Both the position numbers and the translations under genes were made by a program. Of a DNA stretch of 62,404 nt, positions 9,934 to 18,292 are shown in pieces. Under the pieces are notes generated by a model that saw nothing but the letters and a program-made list of their open reading frames with translations, did no database searches and had not been told where the DNA came from. This DNA is from a virus. Lineage: Duplodnaviria > Caudoviricetes. Position 1 is the first letter of the stretch, and each line of letters begins with the position of its first letter. The stretch spans positions 1 to 62,404 of IMG/VR virus record IMGVR_UViG_3300021963_000133. One strand, written 5' to 3'.

Positions 9934-10179
9934 TTATTCTACTTTTCCATCATTACCGTCCATTGCGTCATGAACAGAGTTTAAATTTTCTAAGGAAACT
10001 GTCAATTGAGAATACATCCAAGATTCTAATTGTTCTCCTTTTTGCATTCTATCCTTAATCATAGTTGCATAATCTGCAATTCGCTCAAGTTGACCTAATG
10101 CCATTTCATTTAATTCAGCTAGGGTATCTCTACCTTCTGCTTCATTTATGAATTCTTCAAATAGTTTAGTGTTTTTCAT
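9934..10179 (-). CDS. Hypothetical protein, KLFEEF N-terminus
   Basis: MKNTKLFEEFINE. Confidence 0.75.
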   Translation of the reverse strand: MKNTKLFEEFINEAEGRDTLAELNEMALGQLERIADYATMIKDRMQKGEQLESWMYSQLTVSLENLNSVHDAMDGNDGKVE

Positions 10180-10733
10180 TATATTTTACCGTATATTCTT
10201 TTTGTAATTCTTTTGCCAGCTTTCGAAAGGAATCTGGTGTAATATCCATCTCCTGTAAATTCCGGTTGTTTATCTGCTCCAACAACATCTCTAATAATCT
10301 CTTCATCTTGTATAACTGGAGCACCTGATTTTGCCAGAATTTCTTCCATTTTAAGGCTTGCTTCAATAAACCATCCTCTTGTGTTAACTAATTGTAGTAA
10401 TTTTTTAACAATATCAGATTTGGCTTCTTTCTTACCATTAGTACCTAATAAAGCAATCTTATTTCCCCATTTTGTAGGTTTGTAAATAATGAATGCATCT
10501 GCTGTATGATCTGAATCGACATCTTTTAAGGCAGTTGCTTTATATTTTGATTGCATTTCCTGCCAGTCATCAGCTGAAAGATCCATTCCAGCATCAAGAT
10601 ATGTTTTAGTGTACATATCCCAAATCTCTTGCATTCCATCTTTGTCGATCTTCTTTAGATCCATATCGATCCACTTATTAGAAGGTATTTCAAATTCGTT
10701 TACAAAATCTTCGTATAGTTTAATATGCTTCAT
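10179..10733 (-). CDS. Hypothetical protein, KLYEDF N-terminus
   Basis: MKHIKLYEDFVNE. Confidence 0.75.
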   Translation of the reverse strand: MKHIKLYEDFVNEFEIPSNKWIDMDLKKIDKDGMQEIWDMYTKTYLDAGMDLSADDWQEMQSKYKATALKDVDSDHTADAFIIYKPTKWGNKIALLGTNGKKEAKSDIVKKLLQLVNTRGWFIEASLKMEEILAKSGAPVIQDEEIIRDVVGADKQPEFTGDGYYTRFLSKAGKRITKRIYGKI

Positions 10734-11008
10734 TATCTTTCCATTTGTTGTTTTAAAGTTAAAATCCTATCATTAACTTGTAAAGATTGATGCTTTAATG
10801 ATTCTTTCTCTATCTCAAGTTGTAAAATCATTAATTTATGAGGATCTACTTCTGCTTGTTTCATATCAGAAATCTTACTTTTGATTTCTCTAATCTTAGC
10901 TTGAACATCTCTCATTTTATCAAAATTCTCGCTACGTTTAGTAGCTAGCTCACTACCTTCAAAAATAGTGTCTTCTTTAAAATCTTCAAATAATTTAATA
11001 TGCTTCAT
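10733..11008 (-). CDS. Hypothetical coiled-coil protein, KLFEDF N-terminus
   Basis: MKHIKLFEDFKE. Confidence 0.75.
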   Translation of the reverse strand: MKHIKLFEDFKEDTIFEGSELATKRSENFDKMRDVQAKIREIKSKISDMKQAEVDPHKLMILQLEIEKESLKHQSLQVNDRILTLKQQMER

Positions 11009-11011
11009 GAT

Positions 11012-11671
11012 TTATAATGGAATGTATTTTCCAGAATCGGTCCCTGAGACTTTACCATTTAGGAGTGTAAAATACTCACTATCTATTCTAGCAGTCCAAG
11101 ATCCAGGTAATCTATGCCCTTGTTTCTTTATGTATTCTAAATATAATCGACCTCTCTTAGATTGTGCAATTGGAACTCCTTCCTCGCTATCTTCAATTTT
11201 TGGTACAATTCTAATTTCTTGTAATTTAATCCAAGACCATTCTGAAATTTCTTTAGCAAAACTTGCAACAATGTCTGTTACAGTAGATATAACTCTAAAT
11301 TGTTCTCCAAAATTTGTGATTAATGTATCGTCTCTACCCTCTAAATCAAATGAAACTACCACAATTAGATTAAAATCTGCTGGTTTAGGTGCTCCAGGTT
11401 TTCTACCAAAATTAATATTTAATGCTCTTGACCAACCACCATGTATTCTAACGTAGTACGACGCATTATCGCTTTTAAAACCATACATGATAGAATTACT
11501 TTTAAAATCATGCCAATTACCGGTGATATTTTGAGTTTTATCATAATCACTAAGTTCAGAAGCCCAAGTTTCTACCTTAGTAAATCCTGTTTTCTTCCAA
11601 GGATATGGTTTTGAACCCTCACCAATTTCATTGATGAGCATATATTCCTCAAATAATTGTATATGTTTCAT
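11012..11671 (-). CDS. Hypothetical protein, QLFEEY N-terminus
   Basis: MKHIQLFEEYMLINE. Confidence 0.75.
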   Translation of the reverse strand: MKHIQLFEEYMLINEIGEGSKPYPWKKTGFTKVETWASELSDYDKTQNITGNWHDFKSNSIMYGFKSDNASYYVRIHGGWSRALNINFGRKPGAPKPADFNLIVVVSFDLEGRDDTLITNFGEQFRVISTVTDIVASFAKEISEWSWIKLQEIRIVPKIEDSEEGVPIAQSKRGRLYLEYIKKQGHRLPGSWTARIDSEYFTLLNGKVSGTDSGKYIPL

Positions 11672-11853
11672 TTGTGATCTTCGTCTTTTTGTTTTTTTCT
11701 AAATTCTACCTCTTCTCGTAATTCATTGATTCTTTCTTTAAGTACTTTAATTCTAAAATCATCAAATTGTCGAATGATAAAAATTTTAGATCGGTTTTGC
11801 TCTAATTTAGTTAGAGTTGCTTCAAAATGCTTGATTAATTTAAAGAGTGCCAC
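11668..11853 (-). CDS. Hypothetical protein
   Basis: ORF track, GTG start. Confidence 0.5.
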   Translation of the reverse strand: MALFKLIKHFEATLTKLEQNRSKIFIIRQFDDFRIKVLKERINELREEVEFRKKQKDEDHK

Positions 11854-11884
11854 TTTAATTTTATTATTTTATAGTTCTATATAT

Positions 11885-13603
11885 TTATTGAATCATTTTA
11901 ATCCGTTCTTTCACAGACGGTGGAATTTTACCAATCAAACTTTTAAAACATGCATCTAGAACATAGGTTACTGCCCAATCATCTTTACTTCGGACAGATC
12001 GACCAACTCCTTGTAGAAATTGTACCGTTGTTTTCCAATCGTACCATTCTGGTGTATAATTCATTTTAGCTTTAATATGCGGAGAAGCTAATGATGGATA
12101 TGGTACTTTAAAAAAGATTTGGAATCGACTAATATCATCTTTTAAATCTAGTCCTTCTAATAAGGATGGACCAACTAGGACAGCATCCTCTTTTTTCTTA
12201 AATAGTTCTAATGTATCTGCTTTCTCTTTTGAATTCTCGTAATTCATTAATCTAAATGTATGTTTACTTTTAGACATAATATAATTCATGAACTCATAGG
12301 ATCCACAGTGAATAACTCCTCTTTGGCCTTTATGTTTGCTAATAATTTTGTCTAAGATTTCTACAACTTTTGGTAAACTTGCATCCTTCTCTCTCATCGA
12401 CATTTTATGCTTATTAACAAAAACTATTGGAGATTTATCATAATTAAAATCATTTGAAAGCCTGATAAATCGGGCATTTTCAATACCCATAATTTTCATA
12501 TAACTTGCAGGGTCTCCAATTGTGGCACTCATGAAAACCTTAAAGTTAGCTCTTTTGTGTAAATGTTTTTTAATTAGGAATTGTTCTTCTAGGCAAGTAA
12601 ATTGTGCCTCTTCTGCTTTCTGATCTGGTACTAATTTGTCAATACCAACTTGTTCGATAATTTCAATAAAGTCCTCGAACTTACAATGAATATCTTTAAT
12701 TCTGTCGATTGTTGAAAAGGCAGTTTGCCAGTCCTTTGGTACATCTCGATCTCCGAATCTTTTCTTTGATGCGGCTTTAATATCATCTCCACTCTCTAAA
12801 TACATTGATAGAAACTTTTTCAGTTCCTTCATGGTCATTAAGAGTTCTGGTTTATCAGTTGTTTTAAGAAGAGTGTTAAAGATTGATTCCAATTTGTTTT
12901 TCGTCACTCTGGGTTGATTGAATGCCCATTTCTGTAAGAAACCATTTAAAACTAAAACCTTTGTTATTAGTGTCCGGTCAATACGCGGACTAAAATGATT
13001 CTGGACAATTTCATCGACTTTATGAGCCTCATCAAAGAATACAAAATCTCTTTGAGCAAAAGGTGAACCACCTTCTTCAGCTTTTTTATCTTCAACATAA
13101 TTACGTTGAATTAACCAGAAACTATAATTAAGTAAAGCAATTCTAGAGTTGATTGCCTTTTCACGTGAATTTAAATATCCACAATTTGAGTAGCATGGTA
13201 GATCCTTTGCTTTTTCATAACTCATTCCTTTCAGTCGACAATCTCCAAGACTGAATGGTAAACCGTTAACAGAGCAATCATAATTGTCAACTCCTTTAAT
13301 AGATCCCCAAGGTAACTTTAATCTATATAAATCTGACTCGTATTGGTCTTGTAAACTCAGATCACTTGTGATTAAGTAACCTTTCTTACCTAATTCAATT
13401 AAGACCAGACTAGATGCCATTGCAATAATGGACTTACCAGTTCCAGTTGGTGCATCAATTACGATTGTACTTTCTGGATCTTCAAAATAAGTTCTACAAA
13501 TTGCTTCTACTGTTTCTCTTTGGCCGGAGCGGAATTCAAAACCAGGACCTAAAAGTCCTGTTTCTACTATTTTATCGAGTTGTTGTTTGATTTGTTGCTC
13601 CAC
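11885..13603 (-). CDS. DinG/XPD-family SF2 helicase
   Basis: Q motif FRSGQ, APTGTGKS, DEAH, SAT, EGLDL, QGVGRSVRS; Cys cluster. Confidence 0.9.
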   Translation of the reverse strand: MEQQIKQQLDKIVETGLLGPGFEFRSGQRETVEAICRTYFEDPESTIVIDAPTGTGKSIIAMASSLVLIELGKKGYLITSDLSLQDQYESDLYRLKLPWGSIKGVDNYDCSVNGLPFSLGDCRLKGMSYEKAKDLPCYSNCGYLNSREKAINSRIALLNYSFWLIQRNYVEDKKAEEGGSPFAQRDFVFFDEAHKVDEIVQNHFSPRIDRTLITKVLVLNGFLQKWAFNQPRVTKNKLESIFNTLLKTTDKPELLMTMKELKKFLSMYLESGDDIKAASKKRFGDRDVPKDWQTAFSTIDRIKDIHCKFEDFIEIIEQVGIDKLVPDQKAEEAQFTCLEEQFLIKKHLHKRANFKVFMSATIGDPASYMKIMGIENARFIRLSNDFNYDKSPIVFVNKHKMSMREKDASLPKVVEILDKIISKHKGQRGVIHCGSYEFMNYIMSKSKHTFRLMNYENSKEKADTLELFKKKEDAVLVGPSLLEGLDLKDDISRFQIFFKVPYPSLASPHIKAKMNYTPEWYDWKTTVQFLQGVGRSVRSKDDWAVTYVLDACFKSLIGKIPPSVKERIKMIQ

Positions 13604-14465
13604 GTACTTCTTTTATATGTTGAATCCAATCTTCTAATTTATATTCCGGTTTCCATTCTAGTTTCATTTCCGTATCGGATTCGAATTCATGACTAGTAAA
13701 CCTTTCGCCTCTTCTTTGTGGAACCATTTGAATCTCATGACCAAACATATCTGCAACTTCTAAGATTGTTACATTTTTACCAGATCTAAGATGCCATTCT
13801 CCATTTAGACTCTTTTCAACTGATTTGATAATACCATTAGTCACATCATTAATATGTGTAAAATCACGACTTTGAGTTCCTGGTTCTACCACAGTTAATG
13901 GAAGTCCTTGCATGTATTGTTTTTCAAAGATACCAATTACAGTTGCATAGTCGCCTTCAGTGATTTGACCAGGACCATAAACATTAAAGAAATAACATAT
14001 CTCATAATCTAATCCGAACCAGTCTCCGTAGTTTTTAATTAATTCAACCATTTTAGACTTACACCAAGAGTATGGCGAAAGATTCTCATCTTTACCACCA
14101 TTACCAAATTTTGATGATGATGCAGAATAAATTAGTTTTGCATTCCATCTTCGACAAAGGTCTAAAATAATTGGAGTTGCTGATAGGATTGAACGTTGAA
14201 CATAATCAATATCATCAAATGATTTAACAATTCTTGAATATTCTCCAAAATGGAAAACAGTATCAAACATTTTATTGCGGAAGATATGGTCAATTTCCCA
14301 TGTATGACCACGATAATATTCTACGCCTGGTACATGATTTTCATATTTTCCAGTAAAGTAATTATCTAAAGAAGAGATACTAATATCAGGATATTGGATC
14401 TTAAGGGCTTTAATTAGGTTACTACCAATAAAACCAGCACCACCCGTAACTAAAACATTTTTCAT
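13572..14465 (-). CDS. NAD-dependent epimerase/dehydratase
   Basis: TGGAGFIG, YxxxK (YSWCK), FNVYGPG, RDFTH. Confidence 0.92.
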   Translation of the reverse strand: MKNVLVTGGAGFIGSNLIKALKIQYPDISISSLDNYFTGKYENHVPGVEYYRGHTWEIDHIFRNKMFDTVFHFGEYSRIVKSFDDIDYVQRSILSATPIILDLCRRWNAKLIYSASSSKFGNGGKDENLSPYSWCKSKMVELIKNYGDWFGLDYEICYFFNVYGPGQITEGDYATVIGIFEKQYMQGLPLTVVEPGTQSRDFTHINDVTNGIIKSVEKSLNGEWHLRSGKNVTILEVADMFGHEIQMVPQRRGERFTSHEFESDTEMKLEWKPEYKLEDWIQHIKEVRGATNQTTTR

Positions 14466-14481
14466 ATTGGCGAAGTTTTTG

Positions 14482-14554
14482 TGATCCGAGAAGGACTCGA
14501 ACCTTCAACCTACACATTAGAAGTGTGTTGCTCTATCCATTGAGCTATCGAACC
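14482..14554 (-). tRNA. tRNA-Arg(TCT)
   Basis: Cloverleaf; anticodon loop CUUCUAA. Confidence 0.9.
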
Positions 14555-14561
14555 AAGGTTG

Positions 14562-14634
14562 AGCCTCCTGTCGGAATCGAACCAACGACCTACTGATTAC
14601 AAATCAGTTGCTCTACCAGCTGAGCTAAGGAGGC
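14562..14634 (-). tRNA. tRNA-Thr(TGT)
   Basis: Cloverleaf; loop UUUGUAA. Confidence 0.92.
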
Positions 14635-14639
14635 AATTA

Positions 14640-14700
14640 ACGGGATGTACTATCTGGGTTTGAGTAAAAGTCAAAAGATAATGTTTGCTGCAGACATCCC
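14640..14700 (-). ncRNA. Y-RNA-like family copy 1 (with Lys-UUU anticodon-like hairpin)
   Basis: GGGAUGU-CUGCAGCAAA...UUUGA-CUUUUAC-UCAAA...ACAUCCC-GU. Confidence 0.7.
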
Positions 14701-14708
14701 AATAAGGT

Positions 14709-14848
14709 ACAGGTTTCTGTTTTTGCGGACCAGCGTGTTTACCAATTTCACCACTCTCCAATGTTTCATAGTTAATTTTGTTGGAGAGGTAGGACTCGAA
14801 CCTACAGTATACCGGTTTTCTGTGCTTAAAATTTGCTGTAAGAAACCT
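14709..14848 (-). ncRNA. Y-RNA-like family copy 2 with circularly permuted tRNA domain (YrlA-like)
   Basis: AGGUUUC-UUACAGCAAA...T arm, looped acceptor stem CUCUCCA/UGGAGAG, D arm...GAAACCU-GU. Confidence 0.78.
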
Positions 14849-14856
14849 AATGTGTT

Positions 14857-15033
14857 TTAAGCTTTGTTAGCCTCAGAAACTGATGTTCTTACTGCTTGTG
14901 CAATTGCTTTAATTTCTTGCATTTGTTTTCTAACTCTTGTACCAGCAGACTTGTTACCTTTTTCAGTAAATTTAGTCGCTTCTTCACGAGCGATGTTCAA
15001 TGCTTCTTGGATTTGTTCTAATTGTTCTAACAT
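14857..15033 (-). CDS. Histone H1-like (Hc1-family) small basic protein, 58 aa
   Basis: Manual translation MLEQLEQIQEALNIAREEATKFTEKGNKSAGTRVRKQMQEIK...; GNKxAGTRxRK motif. Confidence 0.8.
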   Translation of the reverse strand: MLEQLEQIQEALNIAREEATKFTEKGNKSAGTRVRKQMQEIKAIAQAVRTSVSEANKA

Positions 15034-15057
15034 TTTGTTAATTTTATATTGTTACTA

Positions 15058-15086
15058 TTTATATCGGCGTTAACCGTTTTGTTTCA
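15058..15086 (-). promoter_or_regulatory. Class-II promoter TGAAAC-N17-TATA
   Basis: tgaaac + 17 nt + tataaa upstream of Hc1/Y-like RNA/tRNA unit. Confidence 0.6.
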
Positions 15087-15089
15087 TAA

Positions 15090-15325
15090 AAAGCTACACT
15101 TTCGTAGTAGCCACGTGAATTTTGTTAACACTAGTTAAGAAAATTCAACCGCGATTACGCGGCTAGTGCAAAGTTGTCGTTTGCTTGTACTAATCATCTC
15201 TCCCTACCACATTCTATACTGTCAAAAGCCTGGTCATCCCCATGATTTTATTTTAATTTGGTGGAGATGGCGGGAATCGAACCCGCGTCCAATACAGTGT
15301 CAATAAGTGTCATCAACAACTAGTT
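15090..15325 (-). ncRNA. ssrA: Two-piece (circularly permuted) tmRNA; tag ANDNFALAA
   Basis: Acceptor piece GACGCGGGUUCGAUUCCCGCCAUCUCCACCA ends at 15259 and precedes the 5' piece GGGGAUGAC..GAC starting at 15241; tag frame 15184-15155. Confidence 0.88.
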
Positions 15326-15326
15326 G

Positions 15327-15400
15327 TAGACAATGATGGACTCGAACCATCGACCTCCTCGGTATCAGCGAGGCGCTCTAACCAACTGAGCTAAATGTCT
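15327..15400 (-). tRNA. tRNA-Ile(GAT)
   Basis: Cloverleaf; loop CUGAUAC. Confidence 0.88.
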
Positions 15401-15423
15401 ATATAATATGTTATTATATATCC

Positions 15424-15876
15424 TTAGTAATGTAAATCGATGAACAATAAATCTGTTTCATCGTCGTAGAAAACTGGGCAGAATGCCGGATGATACTGTT
15501 CAAGTAAATCAGTATCTGATAAATCAACTAATAGTTTAGCTGGATCCTCTATTTTTGGATAATTGGGTTCTTTACCTAAAACTCGACGATCAATTTCTTC
15601 ATTAAGATTAATATTGATTTGTTCTGCTTCGTAGTATGCATATCCTTTCTTTAAGAAAACACCCCAACCTTTAGATTTAGTTCCAGAAGGATATACATTT
15701 CCTTCAGAATCTGTCATACCAGAAATATCAACACCTTCAAAATACTTATCTTCAACTCTTTGAATCATGACTTTTGCAGTCATCGGTATATCTCGTTCTT
15801 TAATAAAGTCTAACAGGTCTTGAACCGTCATCCCCACTTCAGAGTCTATAAAATCAGATTTTTTAAGGATTTCCAT
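15424..15876 (-). CDS. Hypothetical protein
   Basis: ORF track. Confidence 0.7.
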   Translation of the reverse strand: MEILKKSDFIDSEVGMTVQDLLDFIKERDIPMTAKVMIQRVEDKYFEGVDISGMTDSEGNVYPSGTKSKGWGVFLKKGYAYYEAEQININLNEEIDRRVLGKEPNYPKIEDPAKLLVDLSDTDLLEQYHPAFCPVFYDDETDLLFIDLHY

Positions 15877-15894
15877 CTTATAATATTATTATTG

Positions 15895-15975
15895 TACCTC
15901 AGGAGAGACTCGAACTCTCACTGCTTTCGCGCTAGATCCTAAGTCTAGTGTGTCTACCAATTCCACCACCAAGGC
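15895..15975 (-). tRNA. tRNA-Leu(TAG)
   Basis: Class II cloverleaf; loop CUUAGGA. Confidence 0.88.
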
Positions 15976-15981
15976 AAGTTA

Positions 15982-16039
15982 ACGGGATGCTGTTTTGCTT
16001 TTTCCAATAAAAGTTTTGTATATTTGCTGGAAGCATCCC
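15982..16039 (-). ncRNA. Y-RNA-like family copy 3
   Basis: GGGAUGC-UUCCAGCAAA...GCAUCCC-GU. Confidence 0.7.
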
Positions 16040-16060
16040 AAAGTTTTAACTTAACTCCAA

Positions 16061-16249
16061 TTAGTTAATTGGAGTATGGTAAGGTAGTGAACTATCTGCT
16101 TTTGCAGAGTCAACTACTGTAGAGTCAGTTGTTACCAATGTAGAATCTACTGCTGTAGAGTCAGTTGTTGTTGATGTCGTTGCACCGTTTCCACAAGATG
16201 CTACGAAGATTGCGATTGTAGCCAATGCTAAAATTGTTGCTTTTTTCAT
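16061..16249 (-). CDS. Small Thr/Asp/Ser-rich lipoprotein
   Basis: Signal peptide with VASC lipobox; DST repeats. Confidence 0.75.
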   Translation of the reverse strand: MKKATILALATIAIFVASCGNGATTSTTTDSTAVDSTLVTTDSTVVDSAKADSSLPYHTPIN

Positions 16250-16283
16250 AATTGTTTGTTGTTTTTTATTGTAATAGTGGTTA

Positions 16284-16312
16284 TTTATATCTCACTTTTT
16301 AATTTTGTTTCA
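16284..16312 (-). promoter_or_regulatory. Class-II promoter TGAAAC-N17-TATA
   Basis: Exact 17-nt spacer. Confidence 0.6.
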
Positions 16313-16666
16313 AATCTTTTTAAATTCCATGAATTCAGTTGCTTTAATAGCATCTTTATAAATCTTCAATGCTGATTTAAAAGTCATCTTACGTCCACTT
16401 GGAGTTCTTAACTCTGTAAAACCACTAAACTCATATTGGTCGTTTGGACCCCATAAAAGGTAATAAGTTTCATTAATTTTACCGGTTTGACTGTATTTTG
16501 TTCTAAATACAGTTTTATCAGTTCTCCAATCAGTATGTGCTGTATTTAAACTTGTTGCTAATGCTACATGTTTTGGTAAGTCTGTACCCCAATTAGGCTC
16601 AGTTCTTTGAAATTCTATTAGAATATTCATTTGGCCAATTGTGTTATGTTCAATTTTTCTGCTCAT
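16310..16666 (-). CDS. Hypothetical protein
   Basis: ORF track. Confidence 0.7.
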   Translation of the reverse strand: MSRKIEHNTIGQMNILIEFQRTEPNWGTDLPKHVALATSLNTAHTDWRTDKTVFRTKYSQTGKINETYYLLWGPNDQYEFSGFTELRTPSGRKMTFKSALKIYKDAIKATEFMEFKKI

Positions 16667-16677
16667 ATATTTTTATT

Positions 16678-16893
16678 TTACCATGAATCAACATCTGTTA
16701 AATCAAGTTCAGTTTTTGTTTTGTGACTATAAACTTCAATTCCATTTCCAATTCCAGTTGGAGTTATCTTCCATGTGAAAGTTCCATACTCTCCATAAAG
16801 AGCTTTAATATGTCCTTTCCATTCATCATACATTGCCTGCTGTTTATCATTAAGCACTTCATGAATCTCGTAATTTTTCTTTTTATCTGCCAT
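16678..16893 (-). CDS. Hypothetical protein
   Basis: ORF track; start adjusted to MADKKK. Confidence 0.7.
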   Translation of the reverse strand: MADKKKNYEIHEVLNDKQQAMYDEWKGHIKALYGEYGTFTWKITPTGIGNGIEVYSHKTKTELDLTDVDSW

Positions 16894-17576
16894 TATTCCC
16901 AAATTTGATAAAACTTTCTAAATAATGCTACAACGTCCATTGCATCTTCAATTGCATTGTGTGTAACAATACCTTCAATTCCAGCACGTTCTTTACAAAG
17001 AGCTAAACCTGGTGCAGCATCATCATTTTTCCAATCAATGTATAAAACTGAAGGGTCCAATGTTCTACCACGAGCTTTAAGACATTGCTTCCATCTTGGT
17101 AAACGCTCTAAGAACTTATTATCAAAGTTTGCAAAGTTCTTACCTGCGGCATTGAAATAATAAGGTTTCATTTTTGAAGTTAGGGCTGGGTAAGATTTAC
17201 CATTTACAATTTCCATGTGTCCAGTTAAATCAAACTTACCATCTAAGGCTCCATTCTCCCATAAGAATTGAAAGATTCGTTTAGCAACATCTTCTTCATA
17301 CATGTATTCTCGACCAGTTCTAATCTCAATTTCCTTTCGTTCCTCATCGGTACGAGCCATCTTGTATTCTAAGATGTCGGCAATCAATTGTCGATTCATG
17401 TTAATTGCAAAGATTTCGCCTTCAATTCTCTCTCTAACAATTGCAATTTCAAGTTGTGGTAATTCCTTTAAAGGTTTTACATCTACCGTATCTTCAACCA
17501 CTAATCCAATTGATAGAGTTTGAGTGTTTTCATTGTCAATTCCAGTAGTTTCAATATCAATACTTACGTATTTCAT
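16893..17576 (-). CDS. DEDDh 3'-5' exonuclease
   Basis: SIDIETTG, NFANFD, HNAIEDA. Confidence 0.85.
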   Translation of the reverse strand: MKYVSIDIETTGIDNENTQTLSIGLVVEDTVDVKPLKELPQLEIAIVRERIEGEIFAINMNRQLIADILEYKMARTDEERKEIEIRTGREYMYEEDVAKRIFQFLWENGALDGKFDLTGHMEIVNGKSYPALTSKMKPYYFNAAGKNFANFDNKFLERLPRWKQCLKARGRTLDPSVLYIDWKNDDAAPGLALCKERAGIEGIVTHNAIEDAMDVVALFRKFYQIWE

Positions 17577-17581
17577 AGTTT

Positions 17582-18172
17582 CTATTTTAAAAATTCTAAT
17601 ACTTTCTCTTTAATTCCCGATTGTTTGATACCTTCCATTGCTCTTGGAGTCAAGACAAAGTTTTCTAATCCCCATTTACGTTCAATGTTATCATAGTTCT
17701 TAGCCATGTTCAGGTCATCAATTGCAACCCAATGAGTAACTTCTGGATGTTGCTGTAACCAATACAATATTTCAACATGTCTCTCTTGTTCTAACAACCA
17801 AGTTCGACTCCAATCGATATCCTCATCTTTAAGATGTGCTGCTCCACCTTCATTATATAAATCTTTACAAAATGATGTTGCATCAATTGGACGCTTAATG
17901 ATTCCTTGTGACTCATAGTAATCACCCAGTTCCTCAACAGTTGCCCATCTTTTCCAGTCTGAAGATACTACTATCTCCGCACCAGTTTCCTCAATGATTG
18001 AATTAAGTACTGCGACCGCCTTCTTATTAAAGTTATCAAAGCGATATTCGACATCTAATGCCATAACAGATTGGCTCATCTTACGACCAGCTTTTTGTTG
18101 TTTCTTGAATCGACCTCCCCATTCCGTAGAAAGGCAAATTACTCCATCATTATCTAAAAATATTACTTTCAT
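17582..18172 (-). CDS. HAD-family phosphatase (RNA-repair-associated type)
   Basis: FLDNDGV, VVSSDWK, VAIDD. Confidence 0.82.
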   Translation of the reverse strand: MKVIFLDNDGVICLSTEWGGRFKKQQKAGRKMSQSVMALDVEYRFDNFNKKAVAVLNSIIEETGAEIVVSSDWKRWATVEELGDYYESQGIIKRPIDATSFCKDLYNEGGAAHLKDEDIDWSRTWLLEQERHVEILYWLQQHPEVTHWVAIDDLNMAKNYDNIERKWGLENFVLTPRAMEGIKQSGIKEKVLEFLK

Positions 18173-18204
18173 ACAGTTTATACGCTATTTGTTATTTTTG
18201 TTTC

Positions 18205-18221
18205 CTATGTAAATATAAACA
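18205..18221 (-). promoter_or_regulatory. Class-I promoter repeat
   Basis: ctatgtaaatataaaca on + strand. Confidence 0.7.
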
Positions 18222-18234
18222 ATTCTTTTCACAT

Positions 18235-18270
18235 AAAAAAATCCTGATCAATTTATTTTCGATCAGGATT
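18235..18270 (-). terminator. Intrinsic terminator
   Basis: AATCCTGATC inverted repeat plus U-tract. Confidence 0.65.
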
Positions 18271-18292
18271 CAAATATTTCTAAAAAGAACTT

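Noticed and set aside
14709-14848. Permuted tRNA halves as integration (att) remnants or intron-split tRNAs
   Set aside because: No integrase or duplicated tRNA end; halves are enclosed in the conserved family stem, and the same architecture recurs at 19528
15895-15975. tRNA with TAG anticodon as amber suppressor or sign of recoding
   Set aside because: Anticodon UAG reads Leu CUA; no CUA/UCA anticodon was found, and ORFs are intact in code 11 with TAG/TGA used as stops
15997-16013. Pro(UGG) anticodon mimic in Y-like copy 3
   Set aside because: Best pairing gives a 6-nt loop with a weak AU stem; not supportable
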